A stretch of DNA of 64,000 nucleotides from Octopus vulgaris (lineage: Eukaryota): NCBI GenBank assembly GCA_951406725.2, contig OX597830.1, forward strand, positions 434,001 to 498,000, written 5' to 3'. Within the stretch, counting starts at the first letter, position 1. Each line of letters opens with the position of its first letter. Of the stretch, positions 13,704 to 24,329 are shown in pieces. The translations under genes were made by a program, and so were the position numbers. Below the pieces are notes generated by a model. That model ran no database searches. It worked only from the letters and a program-made list of their open reading frames with translations, and was not told where the DNA came from.

Positions 13704-16651
13704 ATGTACGTGGCATCAACCCATCAATTATTGCCCAAAAATGGAAGATCCCATATATAGAGAGTTGGCTTGTCGAAATGGCACATTGCTTCCCTTTTTT
13801 TATCCTTACCGAGACTCACCTGAACAACACCCATATGGACGCAGAGGTGAAAATAAAAGATTTCACCATTGTTCGTGCGGATCGCACAGACCGAAATAAG
13901 GGAGGGACAGCCATCTTTATCCATGACTCCTTTTCACTTGATGCCAAGGACACATTTTCCAATGGCTACTGTGAATCGGTATCACTATACAACAAAGCCA
14001 AGGACATAACCATTGTTGGTCTTTACAGGCCTCCCCAGGCACATCTAAAGTACTTTGAAGAGTGCCTTAGCAAAGTCAAGTCCTTCCTTCGGAAGTACCA
14101 CTCCGGAAACATACTAGTGATGGGTGATTTTAACCTCCCTCATGTGAACTGGCCCACAAATACTCCGAAGTTAGGCAAGTGCTCTACATCAGATAGGGCA
14201 GCAGCAGAACTGCTCTCTAATCTGATGGATAAGTATTTCCTGACTCAGCTAGTGCTTGAACCAACGAGACGGAATAAAACGATCTTGGATCTGGTATTGA
14301 CCAATCACTCTAGCTACGTTCACAGCATTTCAGTCGAAAAAACTCTCCTCTCAGACCACGACATGGTACTCTGCAATCTTAATTCCCGACATATAAAAAC
14401 CAAACCAGCCAATCCCACTCCATGGCACCCATTTGACAACATAAACCTCCACAAAGCGGACTGGGGAACAATCAGAAAGGATCTGTCTTCCATCGACTGG
14501 TCTTTTACTCTCAATTCCCCTCATATTGAGACCGCGTGGCAGCACTTTGAAAACATTGTCACCTATACATGCTCTAAATACGCTCCCAAGAAATCTACTA
14601 ACACAAACAGAAACCGGCTCCCTAAAAAGAAAAAAACACTCATCAGGCGCATCAAAAGACTCAACAAAAAAATCAACCAATTAAAATATTCCCACACACA
14701 ACATCCACATTCAACAACAATGAAAAGACTAGAGCTGGAAAAACTTCATCTGCAGACTAACATGAAAACCTCCATTGAAAATCAAAGAGCTGTGGAGGAA
14801 CAATGGGTAATCAAAAACATCAAACAGAACCCAAAAGTGTTCTATTCTTATGCAAATAAGCATAGAACCACTGTCTCACCCATTGGGCCATTGATTGATG
14901 ATAACGGCTTTCCCCAACACGATGCTAAAGAAATGGCAGAAATACTGCAGAAACAATACTGCTCTGTCTTCAGTGTTCCCACTGATATTGACGTGAAGGA
15001 AACGAACGAAGTTGACTCCCAACACAAAATCGCAGACATAACCTTCACTGCCACCGACATCGTAGCAGCAATAAATGAGGTCAAACATTACTCTGCTGTA
15101 GGCCCTGATAGATTTCCCGCTAGTCTCCTGAAGGAATGTAGATATCAACTTGCAGTCCCTCTGACCAACCTCTGGAGAAACTCGTTAGACGCAGGTTATA
15201 TACCGAAACAGTTTCTATCCCAGTCGGTCATCTCGGTTTTCAAACAGGGAAACAGATCCCTCGCACTCAACTATCGCCCAATCTCACTCACCTCCCACAT
15301 CATTAAAGTGTTTGAAAGAGTGTTAAGATCAAGGATAGCTGACTTCCTGGAGACCCACAAACTCCTAAATTCAAATCAGCATGGCTTTCGCTGTGGCAGG
15401 GACTGTCTAACACAGCTCTTACACCACATTGAAGATGTACTCAAAGCCTTGGGAACAGGATCGAACTCTGACGTCATATATCTTGACTTCAGTAAAGCGT
15501 TCGACAGGGTAGACCATAACATCCTACTCTCGAAATTGGAAAATGTTGGAATCCGTGGAAAAGTTCTACACTGGATTAAGTATTTCCTGGTGAAAAGAAC
15601 GCAACATGTTGTAGTTGATGGAGTCCACTCAAACCCAGCAAAAGTCACCAGCGGTGTTCCCCAGGGAACTGTTTTGGGTCCGCTACTCTTCATAATTTAC
15701 GTAAACGACCTTTCCAGTGTCGTACATCACTGCAAAGTGAAAATATTCGCTGATGACACTAAGCTCCAGCAAATCGTCAATGAAGAAGCAGACCGAACTC
15801 AACTCCAGTCTGATCTATATGCTGTGAGTCAATGGGCAGACAGAAACAAAATGCAACTGAATGAGGGAAAATTTGAGCTGATGCATTTTGGAAGAAATTC
15901 CTCACTAAAACAACCATACTCTCTTCCTTCAGGGGAACCGCTCACAGCCTCTAACAATATCAGAGACCTGGGTGTAATTGTTGATGACGATCTCAGTTGG
16001 AGTGCACACATCAACAAGAAGGTTGATATAGCTCGTAGGATGAGTTCCTGGATCTTAAGAACTTTCCGGTCCAGAGAACAAGGTGTCATCATACCACTTT
16101 TTTCCTCCTTTGTACGGCCACACCTTGAATACTGCTGCCCACTGTGGTCTCCTCACACAAGACAAAACATCTCCAGAATTGAGTCACCCCAGAGGGCTCT
16201 CACTAAACAAATTGAAGGCATGGCTGCTCTCGATTATTGGGATCGCCTTAAAACCTTGAAACTTTACTCCCTCCAGCGTCGCCGTGAGCGGTACATCATT
16301 TGTACGATGTGGAAAATATACCGCCAACTTTGTCCAAACGACCTAAACATTAGCTTCAAGGTTCATCCAAGACTTGGACCACGGGCTATACGTCCCCTGC
16401 CAAATTCAAGATCACAACATACATGTACACTGCAACATAATTTCTTTTCCTCAACAGGCCCTGCCCTATTTAACATTGTCCCGAGGGAGATCAAAGAGGA
16501 AAAGGATCCCATCAACTTTAAACAGAGTCTGGATAGATTCCTTCAAAGAATACCAGATAAGCCACCCATAATTGGATACAACTCACCCAACAAGAACTCA
16601 CTACTTGAACAAAACTGGATACAACTCACCCAACAAGAACTCACTACTTGA
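13643..16651 (+). CDS. LINE ORF2: APE endonuclease + reverse transcriptase
   Basis: Uninterrupted 1002 aa. APE motifs: LTETHL, GLYRPP, MGDFN, ILDLVL, SDH. RT motifs: NYRPISLTS, QHGFR, LDFSKAFDRVDH, GVPQGTVLGPLLF, FADD. Confidence 0.95.
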   Translation: MQITRTTHPLPTSVTSTFLLDVRGINPSIIAQKWKIPYIESWLVEMAHCFPFFILTETHLNNTHMDAEVKIKDFTIVRADRTDRNKGGTAIFIHDSFSLDAKDTFSNGYCESVSLYNKAKDITIVGLYRPPQAHLKYFEECLSKVKSFLRKYHSGNILVMGDFNLPHVNWPTNTPKLGKCSTSDRAAAELLSNLMDKYFLTQLVLEPTRRNKTILDLVLTNHSSYVHSISVEKTLLSDHDMVLCNLNSRHIKTKPANPTPWHPFDNINLHKADWGTIRKDLSSIDWSFTLNSPHIETAWQHFENIVTYTCSKYAPKKSTNTNRNRLPKKKKTLIRRIKRLNKKINQLKYSHTQHPHSTTMKRLELEKLHLQTNMKTSIENQRAVEEQWVIKNIKQNPKVFYSYANKHRTTVSPIGPLIDDNGFPQHDAKEMAEILQKQYCSVFSVPTDIDVKETNEVDSQHKIADITFTATDIVAAINEVKHYSAVGPDRFPASLLKECRYQLAVPLTNLWRNSLDAGYIPKQFLSQSVISVFKQGNRSLALNYRPISLTSHIIKVFERVLRSRIADFLETHKLLNSNQHGFRCGRDCLTQLLHHIEDVLKALGTGSNSDVIYLDFSKAFDRVDHNILLSKLENVGIRGKVLHWIKYFLVKRTQHVVVDGVHSNPAKVTSGVPQGTVLGPLLFIIYVNDLSSVVHHCKVKIFADDTKLQQIVNEEADRTQLQSDLYAVSQWADRNKMQLNEGKFELMHFGRNSSLKQPYSLPSGEPLTASNNIRDLGVIVDDDLSWSAHINKKVDIARRMSSWILRTFRSREQGVIIPLFSSFVRPHLEYCCPLWSPHTRQNISRIESPQRALTKQIEGMAALDYWDRLKTLKLYSLQRRRERYIICTMWKIYRQLCPNDLNISFKVHPRLGPRAIRPLPNSRSQHTCTLQHNFFSSTGPALFNIVPREIKEEKDPINFKQSLDRFLQRIPDKPPIIGYNSPNKNSLLEQNWIQLTQQELTT

Positions 16652-16818
16652 AAAAAACTTGACTTAAACAGGATTCGAATAATCCTATCAGGTGGTGCTA
16701 TTAAGTTAGACATGGCCTGGACCAATCTCTGGTCGAAACATATCTAAGTTTTTATCTAAGTTTTTTATGTATATATACGTTTTTCTATTTACATATGTAT
16801 ATCTATATATTTACATAC

Positions 16819-16859
<41 letters not shown>

Positions 16860-16952
16860 CATATCTATATACATCTATATCTAGATTTCTATATATATAA
16901 ATATACATACATACATATCTATATATACATCTATATATATATATGTCTTTAT

Positions 16953-16987
<35 letters not shown>

Positions 16988-17891
16988 ACACACACACACA
17001 CACAACACACATATATATATATGCATGTGTGTGTATATATATATATTATTTGATTTTGATTTGATCTAGTTTCAGCTCATGAGCCGTGGCCTAACTATCA
17101 CTTTCAGATTTAGATTATATATATAGATAATCTTTAGATTATATATATAGATAATCTTTAGATTATATATCTGAAGAAACAGAAGCACTATAGATAATCT
17201 TTAGATTATATATCTGAAGAAACAGAAGCACTAAACCGATCATGATTATTCAAAACGCTTTGGAACTTATTCCAGTGCTTCGGCTCTCCGTTATGTATTG
17301 CAGAATTTTTCTTCTTTCTAATCCCGCGTTCTCATTAATCAATATCTGGCGGTGTGCTTTCACATATATTGTCTGCAAGTTTTTTTTTTCACGTGAGATT
17401 TTCGCAGAGAAGGACTTTTCACGTCTGAGTGAATACGAACGTGATTAATGTAGCTGTAGACACCTGTATTTCAATCAACGTTAATCCATTAGCCTCTAGT
17501 GAAAGTATTACCGCATCTCCAATCTCAGCACTCATCAGCAAATGTAATTTACTGCTTAAGTACGAAGTCAGCTGTTCCTCGGTTGATTATGGACAATGCA
17601 ATCTGTTTCTGTATCTGATGAAGAGAAACAGTGCAGAAACACATACATCGTTAGGTCGGGTGATCTAATTCATAATGCAGAGATGAACTTTTACAATTAT
17701 TGTCACTAACTAGAATATTCTCTCGAGATTGTTACACAGGTATATATATATATATATATATATATCTGTATGTATGTGTGTAGAATTATATGTGTGTATA
17801 TGAGTAGATATATATGTATGTATATATATATAGATATATAAATATATACAGATATATGTATATATATATGCACACACATATATTTATGTGA

Positions 17892-18215
17892 GATCCTCTT
17901 CGGTCATGACTGACCATGGGATTGCACCTAGAAAGTTACCATCCCAGGCACAAATCCGGGCAAGGTTGTTTATGGAAGACCAGTAGCCGCCCATGCGTAC
18001 TGGCCTCCCCTCTCTACGCCACCGATGTTATCCAAGGGAAAGGCAAAGGCCAATACAGCTTAGAACAAGTGACGTCACAACTCATTTCTACAGCTGAGTG
18101 ATCTGGAGCAATGGGAAATAAAGTGTTTTGCTCAAGAACACCACACACAGCCCGGTCCGTGATTCGAACTCACAACTTCAAGATCATAAGCCCGACACTC
18201 TAACCACTGAGCCAT
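17892..18215 (-). mobile_element. tRNA-derived SINE (different tail from the 10.3 kb SINE)
   Basis: Minus strand ATGGCTCAGTGGTTAGAGTGTCGGGC (A-box), GAGTTCGAATC (B-box), CORE-like GTGTTCTTGAGCAAAACACTT, then an unrelated 3' region. Confidence 0.8.
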
Positions 18216-18380
18216 ATTAGTTGAAGAAATCGACTCCAGGACTTATTATTTGTAAGCCTAGTACTTATTCCATCGCTCTTTTTGCCGGATCAGTACGGCG
18301 CGAGGACAAACACACCATCATCAGTTCTCATGCGATGGTGGATGGACAAACACATATACAAAGACAAACACATACAAATA
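18216..18380 (-). mobile_element. Internal fragment of the SINE family seen at 26088-26515
   Basis: GAAATCGACTCCAGGACTTATTATTTGTAAGCCTAGTACTTATT matches 26150-26195. Confidence 0.65.
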
Positions 18381-18396
18381 TATATATACATGTGTG

Positions 18397-18434
<38 letters not shown>

Positions 18435-18685
18435 AAAGTAAGATAGGGGTTATGAAGGTAACCCACTATGGGATATCAGTTATCCAATATACTACTGGTG
18501 AAGCACCCAAATGCCAAATACATAAATGCTTATAATTGCAATGCAATTAATTCATTTATTGTATCGGATGGGCGAAGGTTAAATATTTTACCGTAAATTC
18601 ATAATACAAATAAGAAAATGGAGGAACAAATTCATTTCAATCATCAACTTACAGATATTACCATTTCATATTATTTATTAGCTAT

Positions 18686-18954
18686 CATAGATACACTTTT
18701 AGGAATAAGAATAGGATTAATCCAACAAGGTTAAGTGCATATATTTGGGAGCTTAAGAACAAAAATATCAATTATAATTTACAATGGAAAATACATCTGC
18801 ACCAGCGTATAATAATAGAAATAGGAAATGCTCATTATGCATTAATGAAATTTTCTTTATGATCAAGGTTAATTTACCTATTATCAACAATCTTAAGGAA
18901 CGAAATGGATCATGCCTTCATAGACTAGCGTATACTTTCTCTAGATTCAAATAA
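18686..18954 (+). pseudogene. Penelope-like GIY-YIG endonuclease C-terminal fragment
   Basis: Manual translation: HRYTFRNKNRINPTRLSAYIWELKNKNINYNLQWKI / frameshift / TSAPAYNNRNRKCSLCINEIFFMIKVNLPIINNLKERNGSCLHRLAYTFSRFK*. This fits the PLE pattern TxLSxYIWxLK...WxI...CxLC..E...C.H. Confidence 0.8.
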
Positions 18955-19279
18955 CATTCGGTTCTAAATAGTATTTTTTAAAAGACTTAAATAGTTGTTA
19001 AAGGCTTATTTACTGTATTTATCTATACTAATCTGCCATAAATTATGGGCATACTATTTTTGTATATCTATGTATAAGTGTTTTGTATTTGAATGTTAGT
19101 GTATTTATTTTTTTATTTATATATTTTAATAGAAGTTGTTTTTTATGTGTATATTGATATATAACTAATTTTCAACTGGTCTTTTTATGTATATGATATG
19201 CATTCAGTTTTGGACTTCGGTGTATTGTTGTGTACATGGTATGGGTCAATATACTAAACACATTGTGATTACTATTGGA

Positions 19280-20014
19280 TAGGTGCGTGTGTATACATGC
19301 ATATGGGTGTGCATATATACTTATATATATTTATTTTTCATGAAGGTTTTTTGTATGAATCCACATGGTGGTCTTTGGTATTATGTTGTTTTTCTGTATG
19401 TATGTGCTTATTTGTAATTTACTGGTAGTTGTTAATTTATTATTACATATATGTGTGTATGTGTGCATATGTGTATGTGTATGTATGCATGTATGTGTAT
19501 GTGCATGTGTATGCATGCGTGTATATGCGTATATGGGTGTGTGCATGTATTTTTTTGCATGTATGCATATGTATATGTGTATGTGTGCATGCATGTGTAT
19601 ATGTGCTTACATGTATTTATGTGCATGCATACGTGTATGAGTGTGCATGGGTATGTGAGCGCATGTGTATGTGTGTGCACATGTGCATGTGTGTGTACAT
19701 GCGTGTATGCACTTGTATTTATGGGCACATGTATGTGTGCACGCGCATATATGTGTGTACTTGTGTGTATGTATGCATATGTATAGGTGCGTATGTGTAT
19801 ATGTACATACTTTTGTGTTTATATATATATACTTGTGTGTATATGTATGTACGTATGTTTATGTGTGTGTGCGCGCATGTATGTATGTGTGCCGATAAAT
19901 ATATGTATATGTGTGTACATACAGATATGTATTTAGATCTATTTAAGAAGTGTGTTTGTATGTACGCAGATATTTATATATATCTATTTAAGTAGTGTGT
20001 ATGTATGTATATGA

Positions 20015-20056
<42 letters not shown>

Positions 20057-20400
20057 ATATGTGTGAGTATGTGTATGTATATTTATATATACGTGTGTAT
20101 GTATATATGTGTGCGTGTGTATGTATGTATTTATATATGTATGTATATATAAGTGTATATATGTGTATGTATATATATGTGTACGTGTGTGTATGTATAT
20201 TTATATGTGGGCATATAAATATATGTATGTATATATGTATGTGTGTATGTACATCCATGAGTATTTATATGTATATGTATATGTATATTATGCCAATGTG
20301 TGGCTATCTATATGACTGTATATGTATGCAGGTGTGCATGTATATATTTATGTACGTTTACGTGTGTATATATGTATATGCACATGTATATATATTTGTG
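19280..20400. repeat. Complex (TG/TA/CA) cryptic microsatellite array
   Basis: About 1.1 kb of alternating purine-pyrimidine units (TGTA, TGCA, TATG); source of spurious C/V/Y/M-rich ORFs. Confidence 0.95.
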
Positions 20401-21218
20401 TACTTCAACCTATATTCGATTAGGGTATGTGTTGTATTTATAAGGGTTTATAAGTAACGGTTAGACTAAATATTTGTTTGTTTAGTCAATTACTTATTTG
20501 GTCCATCTTGATATTAATGGTTTTGATCTAACATTTAGTTAAGTACGGGGATATACTTGTATAACCTAAGATTGATAATAAATACCTATTATATATAAGG
20601 GTATATAGATATGATAATGGATAACCTATGATAAATAATAAATAACTATTATATGTATCGGTAAACAAATATATGAATGTTAGATAGATATTAATGCCGA
20701 AGTAAAATATGAATAGTTGGTTAATTAAGTAACAATAAAATTGTATATTGTTTTCTACAGTATTCACACTAATTAACATGGATAGACATCGTAAATATAT
20801 TTATGATTTATATGGTCTTAAACATAAACAAGAAGAATAAATATGGTCAGATACAGTAAAATTTGTTTTTATTACGGTATTCAATATAACTTAACATTTG
20901 CAAGTGTAGATAATAAACGAATTTAATTGGAAAAGTGTAAAAGTGAATTTAAGGATTTACATTATATTAACGTTTTATTTACACGGTGAATATGATTTTG
21001 TATCTTTCGAAAGTTTCTTCTAATTTTTTCCCCCAAAATTTTGCCAAATATGTAATTCAAACTTTCTATATCTAGTTTTTTCTAAAATCTTTCCCAACTT
21101 TTGCCAAATATGTAATTCTAACGTATAATACCCTTTTAGGCCACTTAATATATATTAAGAAATCGCATAGTTTTCACTTTAAATGGTTTGTTATATTATT
21201 ATTTTATTAGTTTATTGC

Positions 21219-21288
<70 letters not shown>

Positions 21289-21300
21289 CATATGTATGTG

Positions 21301-21331
<31 letters not shown>

Positions 21332-21910
21332 ATATGTATTTATGTACATATACATATATATGTGTATGTGGGTGTGTGCGTATGTATGTATGTATGTCTA
21401 TTTTAATCAACCAACCGTAACTAAGACAAAGAAATTCAAATGTGTTAACCAATTAGATTTAGCTTAGTATTGAAAATAATGTCTCCCCTACCCCCGTAAG
21501 ATTTTTAACCACTGAAATATTATATTAATAATAACGTAAGCATAGCTAGTAATGGCCTATCTCTTATCTCTTGGTCTGTGAACTATTCGTACGTATATAC
21601 ATATATCTTTTGTATGATGAAAAGGAAAAAAAATTCTTTATATGTATTAGTGTATGTTTATGCGTATGTATGTATATGCATATGTATGTGTTTGTTACCT
21701 GTATATATATATATGCAGAATAAGACTGAAGTTTCGATTTTGACAGTATGATATATGAATATACTGACAGTGCTTGCATCTTTCATAAACATCTGTCTAT
21801 ATATTATATTATATTATATTATATACTATGTTGTATTTTTCATTTACTATGTATTGTGAATAGCAGAATGCACAGTCTAATGTTGTTATTATTATAATAT
21901 AATAATAATG

Positions 21911-21983
<73 letters not shown>

Positions 21984-22173
21984 ATATTGTATATGTACCC
22001 ATTGATGTGGATGCATAGGTATATTCCAGTATAAATAATTAATTATCTGTAACCTTATGTGTATGTATACTTATATATATGTATATACACTTATGTGTAT
22101 ATATATATATATCCTATTGTATGTGTATTTTGTTTCATATTTATATTTACATTTTTATAATTGTACTATGTAA

Positions 22174-22299
22174 TCTCTGACGAGGCCTTGAGATATATAT
22201 ATATAAGTAATTCATTTTTAACTGCATATTACCTCAATACATCTGACTAATATAGGCAGAATGAGATACTTTTATCTATAGGCCGAAACAGTTGTGAGG
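22174..22299 (+). ncRNA. Degenerate type I hammerhead motif with long stem II insert
   Basis: TCT-CTGACGA-GGCCT...about 90 nt...AGGCC-GAA-AC AGTT GT-G-AGG. The cleavage nucleotide is G, so this copy is probably inactive. Confidence 0.55.
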
Positions 22300-22462
22300 A
22301 CCATTTTATGTGTATTATTCTTGTGGTATTATTATCTTGCATATTGATGTATATTGTTTTGTTTGATTTGGATGCTCCTATTTATATAGTTAATAAATAA
22401 TATGAAATGGTAATATCTGTAAGTTGATGATTGAAATGAATTTGTTCCTACATTTTCATATT

Positions 22463-22532
<70 letters not shown>

Positions 22533-23039
22533 AATGTGACGAGTGTCTTTCAGTTTCCGCCTCCCAAATATACTCACAATTTCATCTCCAACAAAGCCGT
22601 GTGTGTGTACGAAAATTATTTGACCTCTGTTATGGACAAATATAGCTTTATAATAAATTACAAAGAAAATAAAAGGTAGCCGAAATCTTTAAAAAGCTTC
22701 AAATGTGAAAAGCGACCAAACGATAATTGCCAACAAAATGTGAAATAGAATAAATAAAAACTAAAATGTAATGGAGAGTTTATAATGTTTTAAAAGTTAT
22801 GGTTTCATATAAATCTGAAAAGCGATATTTTACACCAGGAAAATTTTCCAAATACTTGTTTGCTTCGTCGCTTGTTTTAATGTCATATATATTAAGTTGA
22901 AATCTAATAAATATAGTTTTATTGTCACTGCAATACAAACCCAATCACACACACATACGCACACGCACACACACACACACACTCACACACACAGATCATG
23001 CACATACCTACATAAAATATCATATGTTATATATTTAGG

Positions 23040-23450
23040 TAGTGGGTAGCGATTTTCTTCACTACTTCAGGGATTGACGACCCTGCCTGAAACTGGCTCC
23101 GGCTGACAGTACCCGGTATGGGCTCCTATCCAGGGTTATGGAAAGGAGACAACCTTCAAAGAAATCCAGAGTGGAGCCCCGGGGACGGATTAGTGTTTGA
23201 CTCGACATTCTTCTGACAGCTCCTGCAACCAAGTTGGTGCCAAACGTAATGCTCTGCATTCCTTTGGGCTACGTCAGCAAAGTCAAGAGAGGAATCCTGA
23301 CTATTGGGCCACCCAAGATTTTCTTACATCTAGCCCAGGCCTACGCAAAACTGGAGAGGAAACTAGAGAGGACATGAAATGTAAAAACCAGACTGGAATA
23401 GTTTATGTGCACCTCTATTGTCTCCGAAGACAAAAGGATACCAATAACAA
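23040..23450 (+). mobile_element. GC-richer interspersed repeat fragment, possibly an RTE-type LINE 5' region
   Basis: Sharp GC increase bounded by microsatellites; no ORF. Family assignment is by resemblance only. Confidence 0.3.
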
Positions 23451-23624
23451 TTATATATATATATATTTATTTATTTATTTATATCTATCTATCTATATAT
23501 ATATATAGATTCAGATGAATATGATATTTAAGTTAAGACACCAGAATTTAATACGGTATTATCCATACAATTTCAAAGTAAGGAGATTAAAATCAAAATA
23601 AGCAACAAGGATATCGTGATGTAA

Positions 23625-23710
23625 TGCAGTACGATCGTTCATGCAACTCCATTTAATTGAACAATGAAATCATTACATCAATTTAAAATGCAGAGCAATC
23701 ATCAGCTGCA
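23625..23710 (-). ncRNA. Degenerate type I hammerhead motif
   Basis: Minus strand TGCAG-CTGATGA-TTGC...GCAT-GAAC GATC GT-A-CTGCA. Perfect 5-bp stem I and palindromic loop III (GATC); one A of GAAA is missing. Confidence 0.6.
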
Positions 23711-24329
23711 CAAAGACATAGAATTTAAATAAATTAGAACAGATGGACACATTTATATATCTGTACCTAAAATCTCCAAGAAGTTAAGGAGATAGACAAA
23801 GAACATGCTGGCTTCACTCCAGCATAGAAGTTACTAAGTTATCAAGAAGATATACATTGTTACACATTCTGCCTGTCACTGATTTTTTTTTGTTTTTGTT
23901 TTTATGGGTCAGTGTTAATTTATAGACTAGTTTATCAAATCCTTCTAAGGTTGAGAGAACAAAGGGCAGTTTCTGTTGGGTTAGGGCTGAGGGAGCAGAC
24001 AGAAATTATACTTGATATAGTCATAAAAATCAAGATTTATTAGAAGAAATATAATGAAGTTAGGTAAAGGAAAACTTAAAACAAGATGTTAGCTGACAAT
24101 TAAGGGTGTCGCCACTAGCAGACCATTGATAATGAAACAGGGGAAGTCTTATCATGTAGTACTATAGTTAAATATTTTAAATGTTGATATATTGTATACA
24201 TGTCTTCTGTGCAAGCCGTATGCCAGAAATATGTCCCAGAGCACAAATGTTGCTATATTGTATACAGTTAAAGTTTTGGGTTATTCAGAGCATTATTAAG
24301 AAGAATATTATAATAAAAGGATAGAAATT

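Larger units (their letters stand above)
13253..16765 (+). mobile_element. Near full-length CR1-group/Proto2-like LINE (ORF1 5'-truncated, ORF2 open)
   Basis: ORF1 remnant, 1002-aa ORF2, 3' stem-loop GACCA-atctc-TGGTC and (TATCTAAGTTTT)2 tail; inserted in an AT microsatellite. Confidence 0.93.
18430..22468 (+). mobile_element. Truncated Penelope-like element: inverted 5' pLTR, GIY-YIG C-terminus, long repeat-rich 3' region, pLTR with hammerhead
   Basis: About 18604-18685 is the reverse complement of about 22386-22467. GIY-YIG C-terminal peptide at 18686-18954 and hammerhead motif at 22174-22299. Confidence 0.75.

Noticed and set aside
16700-16750. Hammerhead-like stem followed by GAAAC at the LINE 3' end
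   Set aside because: No CTGANGA box upstream; better explained as the LINE 3' recognition stem-loop.
19331-21467. Many 60-190 aa ORFs rich in C/V/Y/M/I/H/T
   Set aside because: Translations of dinucleotide and tetranucleotide repeats, open in several frames on both strands. The same applies to similar ORFs across the window.
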